A DNA stretch of 64,000 nt, from the NCBI GenBank assembly GCA_043803945.1, contig JAZDJN010000087.1, forward strand, positions 256,001 to 320,000, written 5' to 3'. A program made the translations under genes and the position numbers. Positions within the stretch are counted from its first letter, which is position 1, and each line of letters starts with the position of its first letter. The DNA is from a bacterium (GTDB lineage Bacteria > Bacteroidota > Ignavibacteria > UBA10030). Of this stretch, positions 59,020 through 64,000 are shown piece after piece. The notes under the pieces are model-generated. The model was not told the origin of the DNA. It searched no databases and saw only the letters and a program-made list of their open reading frames with translations.

Positions 59020-59176
59020 GCACACCCGCCTGCGTGCCTTCGGAGGGCGGGCAGATGACACCGAAAAAATTGATTTACACCCGCCATAAAGAACGGCGGG
59101 CAAGCTGATCTGCCTGCTCGCCATGCCTTACCTTTTGGCGAGTGAGTATCGTGTCCAATCAGTGTCATCAGTGTTC
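59020..59176. repeat. Repeat unit 8 with three GC-rich hairpin insertions
   Basis: Removing 59025-59051, 59080-59104 and 59113-59142 leaves a 75-nt unit aligned with units 1-7. Confidence 0.8.
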
Positions 59177-59674
59177 TAAAATATCGTTCGGTGAGTATAA
59201 AATGATGCCGCGCACGTTAGACAATTGTCGATCAGCACTGGCTATAGCCTGGATACGTAAGCGATCTGCAATCGCAATGAACAGAGCATCGTTGGTCAGC
59301 AGTCCATACTCTCGTTGAAGTCTCAGTGCAGCAGGAAAATCTTCAGCCACAAGAGACTCAAACTTGAACCCACTCGCAAGTAATCCCTTAACTATATCAG
59401 AATACCGATTCATAAGACGAACTCGATCGGGGCGCTCTGAAAGAGATCTGTCAGGATTCCCTCCAGTCGTCCATGCATTGTCCCGTGCTTCGACCATCAT
59501 CAACCTATGCATTACCTCCGCAAGTTGTTGGAGCCCAACTATTCCGATCACATCCCTTTCAGCGCAGCGCCGAAGAAGTTTTGTACATTGTTCGGACCTA
59601 TGAAGAACTCCATAGACAAGAACATTTGCATCCAGGAGGACAATATCAGACTTTTTGATTTCGTTGAGATTCAT
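59168..59674 (-). CDS. PIN-domain (VapC-like) ribonuclease toxin
   Basis: VLLDANVLVY, LAEV, GLLTNDALFIA, IASAD. Confidence 0.88.
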   Translation of the reverse strand: MNLNEIKKSDIVLLDANVLVYGVLHRSEQCTKLLRRCAERDVIGIVGLQQLAEVMHRLMMVEARDNAWTTGGNPDRSLSERPDRVRLMNRYSDIVKGLLASGFKFESLVAEDFPAALRLQREYGLLTNDALFIAIADRLRIQAIASADRQLSNVRGIILYSPNDILEH

Positions 59675-59943
59675 TGTTCGTAGTAATCCTCCTCCATTAT
59701 TTCCCTTAAGTCATCAGTTGAGATGTTGAACTTAATAGCAAGGAGGGATTCAAGCGCTTTCAATCGTAACTCCCTACCGAGTGATTCTTCCTGATCATAC
59801 TTGAGCACTGCTTCTTCAATAATTGTGCTGATCGGCTTACCGTCCCTGATTGAACGTTGTTTCAACTTATCAACAATACCTTTATCAAGGATCGTGCCAA
59901 TTTTAACTTTGGATCGTTCGGCAGTATCTCTCTTTGTTTGCAT
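59671..59943 (-). CDS. Ribbon-helix-helix antitoxin (VapB-like)
   Basis: KVKIGTILDKGIVDKLKQRS...ISTIIEEAVLKY; acidic C-terminus; 4-nt overlap with the PIN gene. Confidence 0.75.
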   Translation of the reverse strand: MQTKRDTAERSKVKIGTILDKGIVDKLKQRSIRDGKPISTIIEEAVLKYDQEESLGRELRLKALESLLAIKFNISTDDLREIMEEDYYEQ

Positions 59944-59953
59944 GACTTACTCC

Positions 59954-60928
59954 TTAATTTGAATATTGTAGTTCTATGTCTGGTGTCAACATCTCCATTA
60001 ACGACATTCCGCCATGACGAAATATTTTGCTTGCGCTAGATCCTTGTGGTCTGTTTTTAATACGCCCCCTCAGCATAGCGAGTCGTTTGTGAGTAAGAAT
60101 TTGGAGTTCTGGGTAAGTCAAATTTAAGTCTTCATTCTCCTCGAAGATCCGAAACCGATTGTTATTAATGACATCAAGAGCTTTATCTGATTTCAACTCG
60201 GATTCATATCCGGCATGGAGATATACATATCCATGATCGCTCGTTATAATGATTCGATAATCACGGGGAATACTTAATACGATGTTTTTCCAGGCAACAT
60301 CAAATTGTTTCATAATGGCATCGAAGTGGCCAGAGGACTTTGCTTCGAAGTTCATATAGGTGCCATCTGGAAAACTCGACCAAAGGAGCAGGGGTGAGTC
60401 TGTATTTGGAAATTCATAATGACGAATTAGAGTGTCGTAATGACGGGCGATAATTTGTCTATCCTTGAATTCCTTTCGAGTTCTAAGTTGCGATGGTCCA
60501 ATTCTCTTTCCCAAAAGACGTTGATCGATATATGAGACGGTATCACTTGGCAGGGCAGCGTAACCATATCGGATTGAAGCTATTGAGAAATTAGTTTTTA
60601 ATGCAAGTATTTCAAGAAGCGGAAGTTCCCTTATAGAAACACCATCAAATACCACGATGGCAGTTTTAGGAGACTGAAGTTCATCTAAAAGTGATGGTGA
60701 TGATTCAGATGCAGCTACAATTTCATCGTAGATTCCAGTGGCGGCATTCAAAATGAGATCTTCGACAGCTTTTATTTTCTTTTCTCCCGATTCCAGGTAC
60801 TCTTGTGAATCGAAGTACTCAAAGCGTTCTTTCGACCATACCTCCTGAACGAGCCATTTCTCTAAAGATGGCAATCGCTGTCCACTGGAATAGAGAATAT
60901 CATAGATATTTCGAATACTTGAATTCAT
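59954..60928 (-). CDS. Minimal PglZ-like alkaline-phosphatase-superfamily protein
   Basis: VVFDGVSIRE, ALPSDT, IIITSDHGY, RHGGMSLMEMLTP. Confidence 0.8.
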   Translation of the reverse strand: MNSSIRNIYDILYSSGQRLPSLEKWLVQEVWSKERFEYFDSQEYLESGEKKIKAVEDLILNAATGIYDEIVAASESSPSLLDELQSPKTAIVVFDGVSIRELPLLEILALKTNFSIASIRYGYAALPSDTVSYIDQRLLGKRIGPSQLRTRKEFKDRQIIARHYDTLIRHYEFPNTDSPLLLWSSFPDGTYMNFEAKSSGHFDAIMKQFDVAWKNIVLSIPRDYRIIITSDHGYVYLHAGYESELKSDKALDVINNNRFRIFEENEDLNLTYPELQILTHKRLAMLRGRIKNRPQGSSASKIFRHGGMSLMEMLTPDIELQYSN

Positions 60929-60929
60929 C

Positions 60930-63560
60930 TTAATGAACGGCCTCTTCTTTTTGTGATATTCCTTTTAGTTCTGCTTTGTAAAGTGCTTGTGTAAAAGAAG
61001 GTAGTTGTTCAACGAACTCTTCTACTTGTGCCTTGTTGTATTGGCCGGTTTTCTCAATTAGTATTTCAGCGTTCAAATTAGCGATTCCAGTAAGCGAGCC
61101 TCTAATCGCTGAGGGGTACGTGCTTAATTCTGTGCTTGATTGTTGAATAAACACAGTAAATCGGATCCACCGAGCGGCAGGATCAATCAATTCACCTAAC
61201 TTCTCTGCAACTTTTTGTCGCAGGTTATTGATGGATCCTTCATTTGTTGTCTGAATGCCAAACTCGCTTGCTGTTTCTTCCACTATTGCTGGAGGCATGG
61301 TGGTTTCAGGAATCGTTGAATCTATTACTCCTGGTTGCGGAACAACTGGTGGTTGTCCAATGGGAAGTTGAGGAGATCCACCCTCCTCCACAAATGGCTC
61401 TACCACGAGAACATCATTCCATTCAGTTCCTGCAAAAGCCGGTGTACTGCCACAGTATCTTGTTCGAGCATTCTTCAAACCAACGCGCTTGTCCTTACAC
61501 AATTGTGAGAATGCTTGAGTTAGAATAGTTTCAGCCGTGAAGACGGGGAATCCAAGAGTTTTTTTATAGGTCGCCTTGATTTCACCAACCGTCCTATCAA
61601 AAATGAGTTTACCTGGTTCCTCTTGCAGACAATCAATAATATGATCCTCAAATCTTTGACGTGGATAAATATTTTGTTGCAGTTGTGTTAGTACCTCTGT
61701 CCGATTTGTGGCGGAGCCAAGTGGTTCAAGTTCAAATTCAAGCGTTTGTTCTCCGTTTGCTTTTGTGTGGATTGACACATAATACAGACCGGCCTTCTTA
61801 AAGACCTCATCGATATATCGAACGTTCTCAATGCTGATTTTCTCGTATTGTCGTTTTCTCTCAGCATCGTTAGTGTGGCCGGCAAGATTTGAAGCTGACA
61901 TTGCGAGCTGCGCCCATTTTACTAAATCAGGATTATCCAGGGCGTTAAATGATTCGGATTTTGGCTCAAGAAGAATTATTTGATTGCGTATTTCAGCGCC
62001 ATGATAAACAAAGGCTTTCTCTGTCTTGTCTAATCGGTGGGGTGCGAGAACCCAGCGGAGGCTATTTTTATCCAGTTGGGAAAGAGAATTTCGTGCTTGT
62101 GAAGAATCTCTAAAAATAACTGCATTTGAATCACCAAATACATTTACCCGCCAACGAGTTAACGAAAACTCTCGTGCATCGTTAGGATCGATCTTCAGGG
62201 CACCATACTCCACCTTAGCATACGGTTTTTCTTGAGTGTCGAAGAAATAAGATTCTTCTGAGCGCTGGAAGTAAGCTCCAAGTTTATCAAGCGCTTGCAA
62301 TGTCGCTTGGAAGACATTAAAATCGTCTCCTGGTTTTATGACCTGACGTTGAAGCTCTGCTTCCTTTATTCCTCTAATCGAACCACTACCAGTAAGAGTC
62401 GCACTAAGCGTAGCTGAGACAACTTCAGTAGAAAATGGCAAGGAATGCAGATCTCTTAAATCTGCTTGTGCGCAATTTAAGATGTGTTGCCCGGGATCGA
62501 GATCTGTGAGTCGATTACGAATACCGTTATCGTTGATATCGATGTGAGCTGCGGTAATGATATCTGTCTTTTTATAAGTGTTACGAACGACATTTGCCAG
62601 AAGCCCAAGTGGTCCTCTGTTACCTTGAAAATTTTGTCTAAGGACTCTATGAAGAAACATATTGAGTAGCTCTGGAGAAAATGGGAAACTACTTCTCAAT
62701 TGATCGGAATATTTTTCATCTACAACAATGCCAACCTTCTTCCATTGATTGACATAACTGGAGATGACATTATCGACTTTCGCCCGATCGACGGAATTGG
62801 CATTTGAAAAAAGGCGATGGAGGATCACATTTTGTCGATCACGGGGTTCAGTGAACTTCACATTTATAGGACCAACTCGTTTTAAGGTATCTCCCGGTTC
62901 TTTGGTTGCTTCGTATACCGATGCGAACATAGTAACGGAAGTTGTATCAGTACGATTTGCTTCCTCGCTCAATTGCTGAAGAAAAAGGATATTCTGCTTT
63001 TGGTTAAAATCATGTGGCATACTTTGAATACCCATCTCGAGCTCATCGAGAATGAGGATTAATTTTTTACCCGATAAGGCAATTCTGAGCTCATCGAGAT
63101 TTGGTACTTTCTTTGGATCAATCTTTGAGGCCAATCCAAGTTTATCGAACACCATCCACCAAATCGAATCGAGAGGAAAATCTGTAAACTTATGAATTAT
63201 AACCGTGACGTCTTCCGGGAGATTGCAGGTTAGATTATGTTTAGCAAGCCAAGTTCTGGCAATTGATGGACTGGTGAAGAGGTGATAGATTAACAATTCG
63301 AGATGTGACTTACCGCTTCCTTTGAATCCTTCCAGAAGAAATAATCCTGGTGTTCGTTCACTCGAATTGAACCGCTGGTGTAAATTTTCCAATACTATCT
63401 TGACGTCAGCGGTTGGATAGGTGATATCGAAGAAGTCTTGGGGTCGGGACTCAATAGATTTCTTCTTTTGATCCCTTAGATTCTCAAGATCGATAACTCC
63501 TTCGATTCCATCTTTTTTGAGGACTTCTGGGCGGGGGGTAATGATGTCGGAAAGGCTCAT
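60930..63560 (-). CDS. DUF499 family (BrxC/PglY-related) AAA+ ATPase
   Basis: PRPEVL...FFDITYPT, Walker A GFKGSGKSH, Walker B LILILDE, FPFSPEL, FQGNRGPLGLLA. Confidence 0.85.
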   Translation of the reverse strand: MSLSDIITPRPEVLKKDGIEGVIDLENLRDQKKKSIESRPQDFFDITYPTADVKIVLENLHQRFNSSERTPGLFLLEGFKGSGKSHLELLIYHLFTSPSIARTWLAKHNLTCNLPEDVTVIIHKFTDFPLDSIWWMVFDKLGLASKIDPKKVPNLDELRIALSGKKLILILDELEMGIQSMPHDFNQKQNILFLQQLSEEANRTDTTSVTMFASVYEATKEPGDTLKRVGPINVKFTEPRDRQNVILHRLFSNANSVDRAKVDNVISSYVNQWKKVGIVVDEKYSDQLRSSFPFSPELLNMFLHRVLRQNFQGNRGPLGLLANVVRNTYKKTDIITAAHIDINDNGIRNRLTDLDPGQHILNCAQADLRDLHSLPFSTEVVSATLSATLTGSGSIRGIKEAELQRQVIKPGDDFNVFQATLQALDKLGAYFQRSEESYFFDTQEKPYAKVEYGALKIDPNDAREFSLTRWRVNVFGDSNAVIFRDSSQARNSLSQLDKNSLRWVLAPHRLDKTEKAFVYHGAEIRNQIILLEPKSESFNALDNPDLVKWAQLAMSASNLAGHTNDAERKRQYEKISIENVRYIDEVFKKAGLYYVSIHTKANGEQTLEFELEPLGSATNRTEVLTQLQQNIYPRQRFEDHIIDCLQEEPGKLIFDRTVGEIKATYKKTLGFPVFTAETILTQAFSQLCKDKRVGLKNARTRYCGSTPAFAGTEWNDVLVVEPFVEEGGSPQLPIGQPPVVPQPGVIDSTIPETTMPPAIVEETASEFGIQTTNEGSINNLRQKVAEKLGELIDPAARWIRFTVFIQQSSTELSTYPSAIRGSLTGIANLNAEILIEKTGQYNKAQVEEFVEQLPSFTQALYKAELKGISQKEEAVH

Positions 63561-63585
63561 TGTTTTCTCCTTATTTCCTAATTCA

Positions 63586-63646
63586 AATATAAAAGAAATA
63601 AGGAATTATATCAAGACGCTTTCAAGAATTCTTGAAATGTCTTGAT
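63586..63646 (-). promoter_or_regulatory. Candidate island promoter with an overlapping 37-bp palindrome
   Basis: TTGATA (63614-63609), 17 nt, TATATT (63591-63586); atcaagacgctttcaagaattcttgaaatgtcttgat (63610-63646). Confidence 0.55.
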
Positions 63647-63701
63647 TTATCCGTGTAAACCGCAACCCTTTTATAGATTAGGGACCGTTATAAATAACAC
63701 A

Positions 63702-63735
63702 AAGGGTTGTCTCTCTTGTTCGAGGGACAACCCTT
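63702..63735 (-). terminator. Terminator hairpin of the S41 peptidase-like gene
   Basis: aagggttgtctctc-ttgttc-gagggacaaccctt, 25 nt after the stop codon. Confidence 0.7.
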
Positions 63736-63760
63736 CTTGCTCTACTCTTAATGAATGGGG

Positions 63761-64000
63761 CTATTTCAAGTTGGCAAACTTCGCCGCTTCCGGCAACAGG
63801 CTTAGCGCTTTCTGGAACTGCGTATCAACCTGCAGCATGACAGGATACCAGCCGTCGTTTGCCCAGAAACTATGGGCGATATGCCCTTTGATTCTTGTCT
63901 TGATATAGGCAATATCCTTTTCAAATTCACTCTCGTTGATTGTGATCTCTTTCTTCTTGATAAAGGCTCTGAACTCTGCAAGGATCTTCTCGTCAACGGT
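63761..64000 (-). CDS. C-terminal end of a probable S41 (CtpA-like) carboxyl-terminal protease, partial
   Basis: Manual translation: ...ILAEFRAFIKKKEITINESEFEKDIAYIKTRIKGHIAHSFWANDGWYPVMLQVDTQFQKALSLLPEAAKFANLK*; resembles FCB-group S41 tails; catalytic domain is outside the window. Confidence 0.55.
   Translation of the reverse strand, partial: TVDEKILAEFRAFIKKKEITINESEFEKDIAYIKTRIKGHIAHSFWANDGWYPVMLQVDTQFQKALSLLPEAAKFANLK

Larger units (their letters stand above)
54035..63717. mobile_element. Defence island bounded by 31-bp direct repeats; no integrase inside
   Basis: gttatctataacacaaagggttttctctctt (54035-54065) vs gttataaataacacaaagggttgtctctctt (63687-63717), 28/31 identical; visibly AT-richer; defence and TA cargo. 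Confidence 0.65.

Noticed and set aside
56948-59176. Canonical integron attC array
   Set aside because: AAC...GTT triplets are present but the flanks do not fit RYYYAAC / GTTRRRY, and there is no IntI. Kept only as an architectural analogy.
59954-63560. Classical BREX types 1-6
   Set aside because: No brxA, brxB, pglX, brxL, pglW or PAPS reductase; the ATPase is DUF499-type and the PglZ lacks the long N-terminal region.
1-64000. rRNA or tRNA genes, IS transposases, prophage genes
   Set aside because: None recognised by eye; tRNAscan and ISEScan would be needed to exclude them formally.

Overview
Bacterial window, most likely Ignavibacteria or a related FCB-group lineage. It has TonB-dependent receptors, a T9SS-type C-terminal domain and a PorV-like barrel, but also canonical TTGACA-N17-TATACT promoters and AGGAG Shine-Dalgarno sites, which is unlike Bacteroidia. 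There are three blocks. (1) 1-45.6 kb, all minus strand: a >45 kb carbohydrate-utilisation locus with no SusD. It is headed by a TBDR / T9SS-cargo / PorV-like triad and contains six-hairpin glycosidase-like proteins, a heparinase II/III-like lyase, GH105, L-rhamnose isomerase, a LarA-family epimerase, xylulokinase, two SSS transporters, an orphan ABC ATPase, IclR, a class III aminotransferase and a tandem amidohydrolase. (2) 45.9-54 kb, plus strand: envelope proteins. (3) 54.0-63.7 kb: an AT-richer defence island bounded by 31-bp direct repeats (28/31 identical), one of which overlaps the terminator of an S41 peptidase-like gene. It encodes a DUF499 ATPase, a minimal PglZ and a SNF2 helicase (BREX-related core) with no methyltransferase. 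Between PglZ and SNF2 are two toxin-antitoxin modules and a GxxExxY nuclease, each ending in a copy of a 75-76 bp palindromic repeat. There are eight copies, three of which carry short GC-rich hairpin insertions. All functional calls come from motif recognition; no database search was run.
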